The notes below the pieces were generated by a model. That model was given only the letters and a program-made list of their open reading frames with translations, was not told where the DNA came from and ran no database searches. A stretch of 64,000 bases of DNA from Octopus vulgaris (Eukaryota). The position numbers were made by a program, and so were the translations under genes. Numbering within the stretch: position 1 is the first letter of the stretch; each line of letters begins with the position of its first letter. The stretch covers positions 56,172,001-56,236,000 of the forward strand of contig OX597830.1 in assembly GCA_951406725.2 (NCBI GenBank), in the 5' to 3' direction. Shown here in pieces: positions 10,663 through 25,617 of the stretch.

Positions 10663-13600
10663 TCATTTAATAAACACAAATTTATAAAAGTGTTACAAAT
10701 AGTTTCATACTGTAGAGATACAATAATTTGACAGATTTATATAACATGCCATGCATCTCCAAGCAATCTTTCAGGTTTAGCAAAACCCTTTTAATACCAA
10801 CCTGCTTGAAACTAACCTTAGTTCTATGATACAAATTCTGATTTAAGATTATCTAAATCTAAGTCTTCCCTTAAAACTTCACATCAATTTATATTTCAAA
10901 CACTACCTTAACAATCAGAGTTATTTTAATAAATTCTTCATTATTCTCAAAATTGTTAGAAATAAAGCCAATGTACTTCAACATAAATTTGATGACTAAC
11001 AGATTAATATTAATCTTGTCTAATGTCATATAAATAAAATTAAAAAAAAAAAAAATATTTCCCTACATTAAAAAAAAATGTCATAGGCCACATACAAGAG
11101 GGTGATGAGCTTACATTTGATACCACACTTCTGATCTAATGTATCTATTCTGTATTTAATATGATAACATGTGATATGTGGGAAATTTGGCTGTTATTCA
11201 TAGTAGCTTGAATGTTCATATAGAGACTTCCAGTATTGTTGTTGGTATCTCTGCTGGTGTGCATTAGGCATTTTAAACCTGGTGGAGCTCAACCCTCTGT
11301 AGGTCTGATCATAGCTAATTTCTTCTGGTGAGAAAAGGAAATAGAAAGAAAGTAAAATAAGAGAGGGGGGGATGGGAGAGAGAGGGAGGGAGAGAATGAG
11401 AGAGAGGGAGAGGGAGGAGAAAATGAGAGAGAGAGGGATAGAGAGAGAATTGACTTTAATACTGGAGTGGTACTTTATTTTGCTGATCTCAAAAAGATGA
11501 AAAACAAAACTGATCTTGGTGGATTTGAATTCAGAGAAGGAGTAACTGTGCCTCATCATCCCTTCTTTGATATTTTATAATGTGGTGGAGATGAATGAAG
11601 TTTTGTTAATAAAATTGTCTGGCAGTGCATGTAGTGAGGTGTATGGGTTAGTGTGAAGTAGCTTCATAATCTAAAAACCACTCTACATTATGTCACTGTG
11701 AAGTACCACTGAACAATAGAGCACAGTTACAATGGTGCTTTTGTTTTTTTTTTTCAAAACAGGAAACAGACTTCTGAAGAATGTCAGAAACACTTGTTTT
11801 GTAAACAATTTACTTCAGAAAAGAAATGAACCTAAAAGCAGCTTTCTCTTTGGGTTTGCAATAGAATTTAAAACCTGAATTCTGGTTTATTAAAATAGGA
11901 TATTCTTTTATTCTTTATGTCATTGGACTGTGGTCATGCTGTGGTACTGCCTTGAAGTATTTTAATCAATTATATTGTCTTGTGCATCAGTACTTGCTTT
12001 ATTTTAATGACTCATAAGAGAGACAAACAGCAAAGTTGACCCTAGTGTAAAAGAATATAACTTGGATGAAAGTGATCTGATAAAGGGAAGCAGTTGTGAA
12101 GCTTTCTTTGTTTATAACCATGCCCCAGTGCTTGTACAACTTTATAGTCAGCTACACATCAATAAGCACTTGGCTGGTGGAAAGTTCAAAGACCAGTTGA
12201 AGATCACTTGGAAGAAGTGTCACGCATATATTTCTAGAGTGGAAGACATTGCTATGTGCTGTTCGATTTGGCAGTCTCTTTGTTGGAGGGAGGTTGAGGA
12301 TATTATAGTTATAGAGTTTTATCACTTGCTGGCTGTCAAATAGAAAGCTTTGGAAGTACTTATCACCTCAGAAGTTGGGATGGATGACAAATGATCCTTT
12401 TAAAGTTTGGTACTCTATGATGCTGCTGTTGCTGTTGAGTGGATGGTCTTTGTCCCAGAGCTCGCAAGATGGGAGAAGTCTGAAACATGGTCCTTTGCTA
12501 TTCGTAAGACCCGCAGAAGAGAAAGCAGGTCAACCCCCGACACCGAGAGCATCGATGGATGGATGGATGAATGCACATCCAGGCTCAGCGGTTGCGTAGG
12601 AAGTCGAGGACAAGAAGCAGGAAGAAAGAGTGAGAGAAAGTTGGAGCGAAGGAGTACAACAGGGGTCACCACCACCCCCTGCCAGAGCCTCGTGAAGCTT
12701 TAGGTGTTTTCGCTCAATAAACACACACAACGCCCAGTCTGGGAATTGAAACTGCGATCCTCCGACTGCGAGTCTGCTGCCCTAACCACTGGGCCATTGC
12801 GCCTCCACTGCTGCTGCTGCTGAAAACAGTGGATCCAAAATGAAAATGAAGATTTATTTAGTGAGAATTCCAGCACAGTTGGCAGGCTTCTCAATAGTAT
12901 TACAGTGTAATGCTGGACAATTCCTCATCATGCTCTCTAAAAAGCAGTGGTGAGCTCTTTGGAAAGATTCTTAATCCACTCTTTATACCCTGGAAAATGA
13001 ATTGTGAGTTCCCAAAGCTCAAGAAATTCAGATGCATACAGACAACCATGACATCCATAATATCTGTAACACAGTAACAACAATCTGTGGTATCATTCAA
13101 ATCATCAGATGGCACATCACTGCTAAGAGATCAATCAACAGTTGTGGAGTGCTGAGGAGAATAATTTAGCTTGCTCTGAAACCAGTTTCAATCAGCACAT
13201 TCTGCAGTCTTGCAGGAATTTCGTGAAATGTCCAACTACTGTTTATGGTTTATTGACCTTTGCTGAAGTTAGTAATGTCATGAGAATATTAACAAACAGG
13301 AAATCTGGATGAGACAACTCTAGTAGAGAACTTGAAGGAGAGTGGTTACTATTGTATAAGAGTGCTTTATCGTTACAATACAGATGTGTGGAACCAAGTG
13401 TATGCACTTCAGCATTAAAATGATGTTAACACTGTCACCATATACAAAAACAAGAGACACAGTCCCAGGAGGAATATGGCACTTGTATCCAAAAAAGCCA
13501 AATAATATTATAGATTATAGAAGGGAGAGAGAGAGAATAAACTAAACAGTGTATCAGTGAACCAGGGGTTGTAGTGTGTTGGTGAGGGAATCTTTGTCAG

Positions 13601-13945
13601 TTTGATGGCCTTTTTTGGGGTAGCATGATCTCGGAAGTAGTGTGTGTAACAGCACCCTCGTCCTAGATGTATCAAAATGAGTTACACTTGAGCTTTAGCT
13701 TTTGTATTTTACTTGTTTCATTTATTGGACTGTGACCATGCTGGAGCATCACCTTAAAGTGTTTAGTCAAACAAATTGATTCCAATACTTATTTTTTTTT
13801 TAAAGTCTGGTACTTATTTTATCGGTACTTATTTTACCCTTTTACCCAACTACTAAGTTATGAGGATATAAACAAACCAACACCAGTTGTCAAGTGGTGG
13901 TTGGGAACAAACACAAAGACCTGCATGCACACACACACACACACA

Positions 13946-14159
13946 CACATCATCATCATTGTTCGACTGTGGTCGAGACAATGGAATTTACTATGCTACG
14001 CCAGACTCCATCATAGCATTACGAAGGTCCTGTTGCTGGATGCCTGTATCCCTGGAGATTACATCAGGGTAGGAGAGTGTGCGCCCTCTGGTATCGCGAA
14101 TAGATGGCTTCCTAAGGAGAAGAGTAGAAATTGCCTCATTTTCAGCTCTACAACAATGT
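13946..14159 (-). mobile_element. Short 3'-end copy of the same RTE LINE, inserted in a (CA)n tract of a SINE
   Basis: Near-identical to 18305-18523 and carries a (GAT)n tail. Confidence 0.85.
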
Positions 14160-14188
14160 CACACACACACACAGACACACACACATGT

Positions 14189-14226
<38 letters not shown>

Positions 14227-14549
14227 TCACACATGCATAAACGCAGTGGGTTTCTTCAGCCTTTGTCCATCAAATTCATTCACAAAGTTTAGGTTGTTCT
14301 AGGGCTCTAGTAGAAGACACTTGTTCAAGGTGTCACAGAGTGGGACTGAATCTGGAACCATGTAGTTGGGAAGCAAACTTTTTACCACACAGCCATTCCT
14401 GTGAAAGTTTAAAATTAGTCTGGGTAGAAATATTTTCAAGTCTTGAAGAGGAAGCTTAGTCATCATGATTCTTGCTAAAACGCTTTGTCCTACATTGTAT
14501 CAGTTCATCAAGCTGTAGGAAATAGGTACCAGATTTTATATATATACTC

Positions 14550-14920
14550 TCTCTTTACTCTTTTACTCTTTTACTTGTTTCAGTCGTTTAACTGCGGCCA
14601 TGCTGGAGCACCGCCTTTAATCGAGCAACTCAACCCTGGGACTTATTCTTTTGTAAGCCCAGTACTTATTCTATCGGTCTCTTTTGCTGAACCGCTAAGT
14701 AACGGGGACATAAACACACCAGCATCGGTTGTCAAGCACTGCTAAGGGGACAAACACAGACACACAAACACACACACACACATATACATATACGACGGGC
14801 TTCTTTCAGTTTCCGTCTACCAAATCCACTCACAAGGCTTTGGTCGGCTCGAGGTTATAGTAGAAGAAACACGCCCAAGGTGCCACGTAGTGAGACTGAA
14901 CCCGGAACCATGTGGTTGGT
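14550..14920 (-). mobile_element. tRNA-headed SINE family C (other copies ~4310-4609, 13700-14400, 23750-24120, 34436-34580, 35510-35690)
   Basis: Repeated GGTTCAGTC.CACT.CGTGGCACCTTGGGC..GTGAGTGGATTTGGTAGACGGAAACTG motif and an (AAAGAGTA)-type tail. Confidence 0.82.
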
Positions 14921-17163
14921 ATATATTTTGTTGTATTTTCTGACTATGCTCAATAGTTTTACAAAATTAAATTAGAAAATTGGACAAAACAGAGAACACA
15001 ACTGAAAAAGTTTTAAAAAAAAGAGAAAGAAAAGAGAGAGAAAAAAAAACCCAAACCAATTCACCACCCCAGGTTGAAAAGCTGGTGCCAAACTATGTGA
15101 GAATGTTACTTGTGACAGACTGGTATCCTATCCATGTGGGGTTTACTCTCATTCACTAAGATATGTAGATTTGGAAGTATGTTCCAGTTGTAATAACTCT
15201 TCAGAGAGTAGGAAGTCCTTTCCTTTTGTTTTCTGCCATTACTTTTAACTGCCCTTAACAGCTTCTAATAATTAAAACAAACTTTAGCAAACCTAAAAAG
15301 TTAAATACCCAGCTTCATTTTGTTTTGCTTTATATTATCACAATAACCTTTTCAAAGGAATAAATGTTTTTAATAATAATTGTTTCTGATTTTGGCACAA
15401 GGCCAGCACTTCTTAGGAGAGGAGGAGTTGGTCAATTAAATCACCCACACTACTTGACTAGTTCTTTATCTTATTGACCCTAGAGGACTGGAAAGCAAAA
15501 TTGAACTTGGCAGGTTGTGAGTCAATTATTTCAACCCCCAATACTTAATTGATATTTATTAAATCCACACCAAAAGAATGAAGGGCCAAGTTCGCCCAGG
15601 TTGGGTTTGCGTGAAGAATATAAAGAGATGTAACCAAGTGGTGCAATACATTTTGCTCAGTGCTCTACTGATCCTAGATCATTCTGTATTAACACAATTG
15701 CTTTGCCAATGACGAGGATTCTGAATTTTTTGTAGATGCCATATTCTTGACAATTATAGCTGTCAATTCCCCTATGGGCATTCACTAATTGTAACTGAAG
15801 TTTGAGAGGATAGTAGTTAGGACTCTTTGTACTATAGGAACAAGGCCTGAAATTTTGCAGGGAGAAGCATCATATCTGGTGTTCAAGTGGTATTTATTTT
15901 TATTGACACTGGAAAGATAAAAGGCAAAGATGACCTCAGCAGGATTTGAACTCAGAATGTAAAGAGCTGAAAGCAATGCTCCTAAGCATTTTCTTCAGCA
16001 TGCTAATGATTTTGCCAGCTCCCTGCCTTAATAGTAATAATAGTAATAATAATAAGAAGCAGAATGGTTTCTGAATAAGGCACAAGGCCAGTACTTTTAT
16101 TTTATTACTCCTTCAGGGCTGAAAGTTAGATTTTGCCATAATAATAATAATAATAATAATAATAATTCTTTCTATAGGCACAAGGCCTGAAATTTGGTGT
16201 GAGTGAGCTAGTTGATTACATCAAGTCAAGTATTTAACTGGTACTTTATTTTATCGACCCTGGAGGGATGTCAGGCAAAGTTGACCTCAGCAGGACTTGA
16301 ACTCAGAAGGCAAATGGATGCAATCTAAATACTATAATATGCTATCTTGTTCCTTGCACTTCTGATTCTTCCAATTCACAACTATTACTTGTGCTAAATA
16401 TAAAATCCTGATTAAATTATGTACCCAAACTAACTTCGGTAATTTAACACAGCCAACCAAAAAACAAAAACAAAAACAAAAAAACTATTTACATTGTTTT
16501 ATACATTGATGATATGGTGTGGGGGAAATAAATTTTCATCATTTCATTCACAACAATAAAGTGCATTGTAAATATAATCGTTTACAAAATATGGAATCAC
16601 GTGCAGAAATGAAGAATCGGCTGGTTCTACCTAAATACAATGTCTGTTAGAAAAGCTTTTGTTATTTAATCAACAATTCTGTGTTTGCCAAATGTGTAAT
16701 GTGTGGTGGTAGTGTTGGAGAAACAGATGTGGTGGTGATGGTGGTGGTGGTAGGGTTCTTTCTCTATCTTTTTGTTTTTTGTTTTGGTTTTTCTTTCTTT
16801 TCAATCTTCAATATCTTCCTCATTCTTTAAGCTTGTAGTTTGTTGGTTGTTGTTTCTACAGATGAATTCTTAGATCCAGCTAAATATAACTGACATCTGA
16901 GGAAGATATATTTATAAAACAGACAACTGAAATCATGTTAACAGGCATTGTTACCAGAAAGATGGTACAAGTGATGAATCCAAAGGCACAGTCTTCAGTG
17001 ACTAACAAATAATGCTAATCAATAGATATAATAAAGTACATAATATAAACAAAGAACTAGCTAAATATAGCCAAACTATTGAAGTGTAAAAGAAATTCTA
17101 TGATGTATTTTTATTATTCTTGATAGCACTGGTAACAGGAGAATGCCTGTCTGTCTGTCTCTG

Positions 17164-17209
<46 letters not shown>

Positions 17210-17488
17210 GGGTTATCCAATATCTTATTGATTTTGTCACACACGCACACACATATAAAAAATACACGTGTATGCGTTTATCTAAATATGGGAGGTCTCA
17301 TATTTAATTTAAAGACTTCAAAATTTTCAATAACTGTAATTACCTATGCAGTTAATAAACAAAAACTCCCTCTGTGAGTGTTTAGAATCTAAAAACAACA
17401 TACAAGGGATATCAATCAGGTAAGAGCCATTTGATTGAAATTTTGGAATATACATAATATGCAATAGAAGAGTAGTTTTACTGCTTAA

Positions 17489-17710
17489 CCCTTTCAATAC
17501 CAACCTGGCTGAAACCAGCTCTGGCCCTGTAGTACAAATGTCTTGTTTTCATAAGTTTTGAATTAAAATCTTCCACCAAACCTTAGTCACAATTTATGTT
17601 CCTAACACTAGCTTAATGATAACTAAGATATTTTACTAAATTTTTTGTTATATTTAAAATTAATTAAAAGAAACACAGAACATCTCAAAATAAATACGGT
17701 AACGAAAGGG
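17489..17710. mobile_element. piggyBac-type MITE (second subfamily; decayed relatives at ~10785-11005 and ~52683-52955)
   Basis: TTAA on both flanks and TIR CCCTTTCAATACC / GGTAACGAAAGGG. Confidence 0.8.
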
Positions 17711-18304
17711 TTAATCCAACTGTCATGTTTTGGTGTTATTAAATCTCTTCAACAAACATATTCTTGGGAAAACTAAGAGTGATCAAAGTATGACTTTAAA
17801 CTGCATCTGGTAGTGAGGCCCTGGTTTAGGGGTTCCAAGTTTTGAGGAGTATGGAACACTACTTAGCTACTATTGTTTCCAGGTCATCTCTGACCCTGCG
17901 TAGTAGCACCTGTAAGGGTACCAGCTATGGGTTAATTAACATGTCATAGTATTGCCTCTGGAAGAAGGTCACTCTGAGACATTCCAACAGACCCAGGCTT
18001 GATGAAGCCCTTCAGCTTTTTAATTACTCATCTAAAGAGAAAGTAACTCTGTACAAATCCTGCATCCTGATGACTCCTGAGCTCGTGGCACTTGTTCCAC
18101 CAGCCAAATATACAAATTTGAAGGATGAGAAAGTGGGACTGAGGCTGCACAAGCCATGCCCATTGTAATAATAATCATCATGCAGTGCTAACACCACTAA
18201 GAACACTGGTGCTGTGTCTTGCTGAACCCTCATTCATCAAAAGAGTCCACCATGTATGCATGTAGTGACACTGATTGCTAATGTCAAATTACTACAGAGA
18301 AGTC

Positions 18305-19014
18305 ATCATCAATCATTGTTCGACCGTGGTCAAGACAATGGAATTTACTATGTTACACCAGACTTCATGGTCCATCATAGCATTATGGAGGTCCTATTGC
18401 TGGATGCCTGTATCCCTGGAGAATACATCAGGGTAGGAGAGTGTGCGCCCTCTGGTATCGCGAGTAGATGGCTTCCAGAGGAGAAGAGTAGAAACGACCT
18501 CGTTTTCAGCTCTACAACAATGTCCAGCAAACTGGATTCTTCTACCTTTCACAAGAGATGATACAGGTAGTAACTTCCCATATATTTGTACTTTGGTTGG
18601 ATGACACTTCCACGTGAGATTTTGAGCTCTCATATGGAGGTGGGTGTAAGTTCCATCCAACCGCCTCTCAAGCTTCTTTAATAACGTCCAGGTTTTTGAA
18701 CCATATAGTAGAATTGGTTCGACTGTGACTTTGAAGATTTTAAGTTTGAAATCTCTACTTAGATTTGATGACCAGATCTTATGCATATCATTACAGGCTG
18801 ACCAGGCCATACCCTTTCTAGTTAGAAAATCTTTTTCAGATGATGATATGTATGACCCAAGATATTTGTAATCAGAAACCATATTTAAGAGCGTATTGTT
18901 GAGAGTATGGATGATGAAATCACTGTTGGACAGGCACTTGTTTACATATTCAGTCTTGGACTCATTGAGGTAAAGACCTATACAATTTGAATCTGCCTTG
19001 ATTCTTGCTTTCAA
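18305..19014 (-). mobile_element. RTE-group LINE 3' fragment (RT C-terminal region), 5'-truncated
   Basis: ORF 18394-19014 has GLYLNESKT, YKYLGS, VEPILLYGSKTW and RRIQFAGH, followed by a short (GAT)n tail at ~18305. Confidence 0.88.
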
Positions 19015-19801
19015 ATTTTAAGCACTCTTAGAGGGAATTTTTACCATCTAATTGCCTGGATAATACAATTTCATTGAAGTTTTTCAACTTACTGTATTGC
19101 ATACATGCGATGCTACTGTATTTGTATTTAGTGTACAGAACACTCCCCTAAAGCACAAACAAGCCTGCAGAAACCTACCAATTTAGTGGTCTTTATACCG
19201 CAATTAGGATACAGAAATAGCTACATTAAGTTTCTTGTAAATGCATGTTAATTGTATCTAGCATAAGTGCAATTGTTATTGCTGCACCAACATTCATCAG
19301 ATTTGGAACTAAAATGGCTAACAATAATGTATGAAAAAGCATGGTAAAAAAAGGATATCTTATAATTTGAAAGATATATAGGGGTGATGACTCAAGTGTT
19401 CAGAAAGTCAGATTAAACTGCTTGGGTTGTTTGATGTATGAATAAAAGAATATTTGTAAAAAGAATCTAGTGAAATTGAAATGCGAACACACAAACACCA
19501 ATATACAGATATACGTATGTATCTATGTATGCACAACCTTGAGTGACTGTTGGTATGATAATAAAAATCAAGAGTATGTTTAGTGGTTATCCTGGTGATG
19601 ATAGAATTTCCTCTGGGATAGAATGTATTTATCTACATAAAGGCATTTCTGAATATTTCATTTCACTGTTGTCCGAATAGTCTTTCTAACAAAGTTGAAG
19701 TAGCTATTTTTGTAACTTGAACACTGTATAGACTACTTTTAACACTTCTACAGACTGAGTTCCTAACTTGTTGAAAATTATCCAAACAGTAACACACACT
19801 T

Positions 19802-19836
<35 letters not shown>

Positions 19837-21084
19837 AGCACTTGCACACATGCACAATTCATATAAATTTGAATAAACAGTGAGATAGTGAAGTCCTATT
19901 TCAGTTCTTTGTTCCTCCCCCACCCCCTGTTACTGTCCCTGTCTGAAAAAATAATGTTTTATTTTATGAATATGTATGCCTGTTGCAAGCATTGTAGAGT
20001 AAAATGTAAGTAATCTTTGATCTAAGTCAGTGACCCAGTTTTAATTTCTGGTTGTAATTACTACACTATCACAAAGGCTGTTAACAAAATTATGTAAATG
20101 CATGCCCCAAATCTCTGATAATTTTTTTGAATTATTGAGACTGTACTAAAATTTGAGCTAAGAGGGAGTTTCTACATACATAGTCCCTCAATCAGCTAGA
20201 AATAACATCCAACTCTCCTTCAAATCATGTCTGAAAAATAAAAGGGAGTATTAGAAAATATAAATAATTGCAGCATGGAAGGTGTTTATAAGCCATTTAA
20301 GAAACACACAAAAACTGTTAGATTCACTTTGGAAAATATAGTCTTGGATTTACTGAAGAGAGCATGATCATATTTGGGACATCTTTAAACATGGGTCTTT
20401 TTGATCAGGGCTGACCTAGTGTTACAAACAGTAACAAACACTGAAATCTTTACCATGTGTTATGATAAGAGCTGTGAAGTATCGGTAAAAAATTCTCATT
20501 ATGAAATATAGAAAATTTTATGGGTTTATTTCTTGAAAATGCAGAAAAAAGCAAGCAGGGCTGTTTAGTTTAGAAATCTGCTTTGAGGGTTTGAGTTTGA
20601 TTCTACTCTATTGCCTCTATGGTGTCTTTCTTCTGGCATAACTTTGGGTTGGTGAATGAGTTGCAAATTGAATTTGGTAGACAGAAACTGTACAGATGCT
20701 AGTCCTGTGTGTGTGTTTGGGGGTGGTCATAGACATCATCATCATCATCATCGTTTAACATCCGTTTTCCATACTGACATGGGTTGGACGGCTTGACTGA
20801 GGTCTGGAGAGCCAGCAGCTGTACCAGGCTCTAATCTGATCTGGCAATTTTTCTACAGCTAAATGCTCTTCCTAGTGACAATCACTCTGAGAGTGTTGTC
20901 GGTGATTTTTATGTGCCACTGGTACAGGAGCCTGTCAGGGGGCACTGGCATCAGTCACATTCAGTTAGTGCTTTTTACATGCTACTGGCATGGGAGCCAG
21001 GCAGGGGGCACTGGCATCAGCCACACTTGGATGGTGCTTTTTATGTGCCACTGACACAGAAGGCACTCAGGCAGATCTGGCATT

Positions 21085-22125
21085 GACTCCCAGATAAGGG
21101 AATGGGGGACCCTGTCAAAGACTTTCTCCAAGTCAACAAAAGCCATGTACAGAGGTTTATCTTTGGCTAGATATTTCTCCTGTAGTTAACTTACCAGAAA
21201 TATAGCATCAGTGCTGCTTCTGCCTGGCACAAAATCTAACAGCATCTCATCTAGGCTAACTTTCTCCCTAATTAGTTGGGCTATGACCCTCTCTGTAACT
21301 TTCATCACCTGATCCAAACAATTTGATACCCCTGTAGTTATTTCTGTCTAAAGCATCACCTTTACCTTTGTAGCAGTTGACTATGGTGCTGCTACACCAG
21401 TCATTGGCTATGGCTCCTTCATGAACTACCTGATTTATGGTGCAGGTGACAAGACCATAACCCACACCACCCGATATTTTAAGCATCTCTGCAGTGATTC
21501 CTGATGGACCAGGTGCTTTCCCTGTATTCATAACCTTAATTGCTTTATCTACCAGGGTACTGTCAATTCAGGTAACTGGTCCCTCAATTGAGTCAACCTT
21601 TGGCAGACTCTCCTCCTCCCATTCATTCTCCGCATTCAGTAATCTTTCATAATGGCATCTCCAAGCCTCTTTCTTTGCAGAATCATTAAACACAAGGGCA
21701 CCATCATCCATGCAGACACATTTCTCTCTTATGTCATCACGGTTTTCTCTCACACACTGTCTTGCAATCTGAAATACTTCAGTTCTTTCGTCCTCATGTT
21801 GCTGAACATTGGCAAACTACTTTTTTACTACTCCCTTGGTTATATATATCTGTCTCCTAGCTTCCCTTTTGGCTATCTGGTACAGTCCCCTGCTACCCCC
21901 CACTCTTTCAGGCCTGTTTCTTTGCTCTAATGGCTCTGTCTACAGTATTGTTCCACCACCATGTTACCTTAGGTCCAGAAGGGACTGTGCACCCGCCACA
22001 GATTTGGTCTGTGGCACTCAGTAAGCTGTCTTGCAGGAATTCCCAGCTGCCTTCTATGTCACAGGACTGTAGCTTCTCCCTTTCATCAAATTTCTTGGTA
22101 AGGATATCCCTAAATCTCTGACCAT
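21085..22125 (-). mobile_element. Decayed RTE (BovB-like) LINE fragment
   Basis: GKAPGPSGITAEMLK, YKGKGDALDRNNYRGIKL and YMAFVDLEKVFDRVP motifs, with frameshifts. Confidence 0.88.
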
Positions 22126-25100
22126 GTGAAGGAAATTAGGGATATCCTTACTGAGAAATTTGATGAGAAGGAGGAGGAGCTACAGTCCTATCCCCAAAAG
22201 ATATAAGCATCAACAAACCAATAAATTGATCCAGTAATGGATTGTACATATCTGGAATACTAGTCATGGCCGAAAGTTTGTACCCTGTATTGAGGAAACA
22301 GACCCTGTTTTTGAAGTTGGTTAATTTGCATATGGTGTGTTAAAAATAGTTTCCTTTACCTTTTTAAGTGGATTTATAAAGAGTCAACATACTCTGCTTT
22401 ATAATTGTATTAATTTGTACTTGTATCTTTTAAATAAAATCATCTTCTTTACTTTTTTTTTGCATTCAGTTTTCATCCTAGAAACATTATACTGTATATA
22501 TGATACAATATGATATATTTTAAGTTTGCTATTAATAAATATCAAATAGGCCCTGGTTTAGAAATGTATTAATTTGAATCTGCTAAATACAATTTTGTCC
22601 TTTACATAGTTTATTTTATATTTCAAGTGTATACTTAGACTCTCTTCACAAAACCATAAAATCCAGAAATTCAGAACACTTCTGGTCCTAAGCTTGCTAG
22701 ATATTTGTTCCAGGACTGTAATATGTATGTGTGTCTTTGGGTTTGTGTGTGTGTATGTTTGGGTTTGTGCGTGTGTATGTTTGGGTTTCTGTGTGTCTGT
22801 GTATACATATCTAGCCAACCAGATGTGTATATGTAAATACAGTAGAGGGTGTAGTATTGACAATAGTAGTCTTTCAAGTGATGACAATAGTGGTGGTGTT
22901 GATATAAGATTTCATCAATGATGACTGAGATTTCTCGGGGTGGGTGGAGAGAAACAGGATATTAAAAAAGAATAAAAACAAACAAATGAAATAAATATTA
23001 GATTAATGTATTTACTTATTGTATTTCTTTACTCATACAAAATTTGGCCATCATTCCAATGCTAATATTTCTTCTGTTTTTCCTTCTGAAGGCTCAATAG
23101 TTTTAGAGAAATGATAGCCTCTTTGTAATGTGCAACAAAGTCTTCTTTTTGAAGATGGTTATTTGTTGAACTCCAGTAACTGAAAAGTTGTATTTGCAGT
23201 TATAGCCGCATAGTTAAGAGATCTAGTTCCTAATCGCATAGTATTAGGTTCAGTCCCACTGCGTAATACCTAGAGCAAATATCTTCTATAACTCCAAGCC
23301 ATCCCAAAACCTCATGAATGGATTTGAAATTGGGTTTGTAGTCATGATCAACTTTGGAACCATGTAGGCAAAAGTAAGGCGGCAAGCTGGCAGAAACGTT
23401 AGCATACCAGGTAAAATGCTTTGCGGTATTTCGTCTCTTGTTACGTTCTGAGTTCAAATTCCGCCGAGGTCGACTTTGCCTTTCAGCCTTTCGGTGTGGA
23501 TAAATTAAGTACCAGTTACGCACTGGGATCGATGTAATCAACTTAATCCGTTTGTCTGTCCTTGTTTGTCCCCTCCATGTTTAGCCCCTTGTGGGCAATA
23601 AAGAAATAAGAAGTGCGGTGGCATTGTGTGAATATCAGCTAATGTTCTTAATGAAAGCTGCACTACAGCTGGAGGTCAATGAACACTTTGTGAGGGAAAT
23701 TAACAGACACACAAACTGAAGGAGCCTATTGTATGTGTGTGTATAGCTGTTTGGTAAGATGCTTTCTTCTCAACCACAAAGTTCAGATTTCAGTCTCACT
23801 ATGTGGCACCTTGGGCAAGTGTCTCCCACTATAGCCTTGGGCTGACCAAAGCCTTCTGAGTGGATTTGGTAGGTAGAAACTGAAAGACACTCGTTGTGTG
23901 TGTGTGTGTCTGTCTGTGTGTGTCTGTGTGTGTCTGCCACTGCTTGACAACTGGTGCTGGTATGTTTACATCCATGTAACTTTGCAATTAGGCAAAAGAA
24001 ATGGATAGAATAAATACCAGGCTTAAAAAAAAATACTGAGATTGATACATTTGAGTAAAAAGTCTTTCAAGGTGATGCCCACATGTGGCCACAGTCTAAT
24101 GACTGAATCAAGTAAAGAAAGATATATATATATATATATATTATTATTATTATTATCATCATCATTATTTTAGTGATCACTCCTTCATGCTTGTGTGGGG
24201 TAGAGTTTGTTGTGTATTTTCTATGGCTTGATGCCCTTTGTTTCACCAACATGTTTCTAAGCAAAGTAACATTTCTTCATGACCAGAGATGTTTTTGCAA
24301 GATATTGGCAAGGAATGACACTGCTTGTATGACAGCGACACTGACAACTTCCTTCAAGATAAGGAGGCACAAACATACTTTTATACACATGCACACACAC
24401 ACATGCATGCGCGCACACATGCACACACACACACACACACACACACACACCGGGCTTTTTCCAGCTTCCATCAACCGAATCCATTTACAAGGCTTTGGCC
24501 AGCCTGGGACCATATTAGTAGACACTCATCCATGGTGCCATGCAAACTTGTCAACCACTTGGCCATTCCTGCGCCCATATATATAATATATGTCCATGTG
24601 CACATGTATATTTATGTGAGTGAGTTTCTCCTCGTCTCTACATGGGTTCACTGGTTGTAGACAAAACAACTTCCTTGCTATCAATGCAGACATTGTAATA
24701 TGCTTGCAGTTAGGTGCAAAAACTCATTTGGCTCTCCTGACATATATTGAACTGTTGCATGATTTTTGTAAAAAGAAAAAACATGTATGCCTGGGCATTT
24801 CCTTGCATAGAAATAGATAAAGGATGATAATAGGAAGGGCATATCTAGAAAATCTGCCTCAACGAATTTCATCTGATTCTTGCAAGCATTGAAATGTGGA
24901 CACTAAAACAATGATGATGATGATGATGAAGAATATTAATTTGTCTCACTGCTATATTTTCTTTTTTTTTTCATCTCTTTCCTCTAATTTGATTTAAAAT
25001 TTTTAATTAATCTTGCAAGATACAAGGCAATCCTCACAAGTACTTGTGTCACAAAAAAAATAGCACCCAGTACACTCTGTACAGTAGTTGACATTAGGAA

Positions 25101-25355
25101 GGGCATCTAGCCTTAGGAACAATGCCAAAGACGTTGGAGCATCATGCAACCTCTGATTTGTCAAATCGTGTCAAACCATCCACACATAGCAATTTCAGAA
25201 AAGTCTGTTCCTTCTTCTCTACAACTTACTGAACTGGGGGCTATGTAGAATTAATCATATTGTTATAATACAGAGATTTTGATTAATATATATATATATC
25301 ATCATCATCATCATCATCGTTTAGCGTCCGCTTTCCATGCTAGCATGGTTTGGAC

Positions 25356-25431
<76 letters not shown>

Positions 25432-25617
25432 TTTATTCATTAACTAGGAAATTTCAAATATCGTTGATGTGGCAGTAGGAATACAGAGTTTTTAGTCCAA
25501 AAACCCAACAAAATTTGACTATGGTGGTGCCAATGACAAATTTCTTGTTTTTATTTATGTATTTGTTTGTTTAACCTTTTTTCAGTGTTTTATGATATAT
25601 TTTTTCCCTTCTTGTAG

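Noticed and set aside
10690-10775. Minus-strand CTGAAAGA...GAAACTATTTGTAACAC hammerhead-like motif
   Set aside because: The core has an extra base, stem III is not palindromic and there is no stem I pairing.
12407-12703. 98-aa GC-richer ORF
   Set aside because: It looks like a retroelement 3' end joined to a SINE fragment. No splice or homology support.
17386-17419. Possible upstream DENND11 micro-exon ending CAG|GTAAGA in phase 1
   Set aside because: The acceptor is weak and the peptide (NLKTTYKGYQS) does not resemble the expected VFVV.FD.R.G segment.
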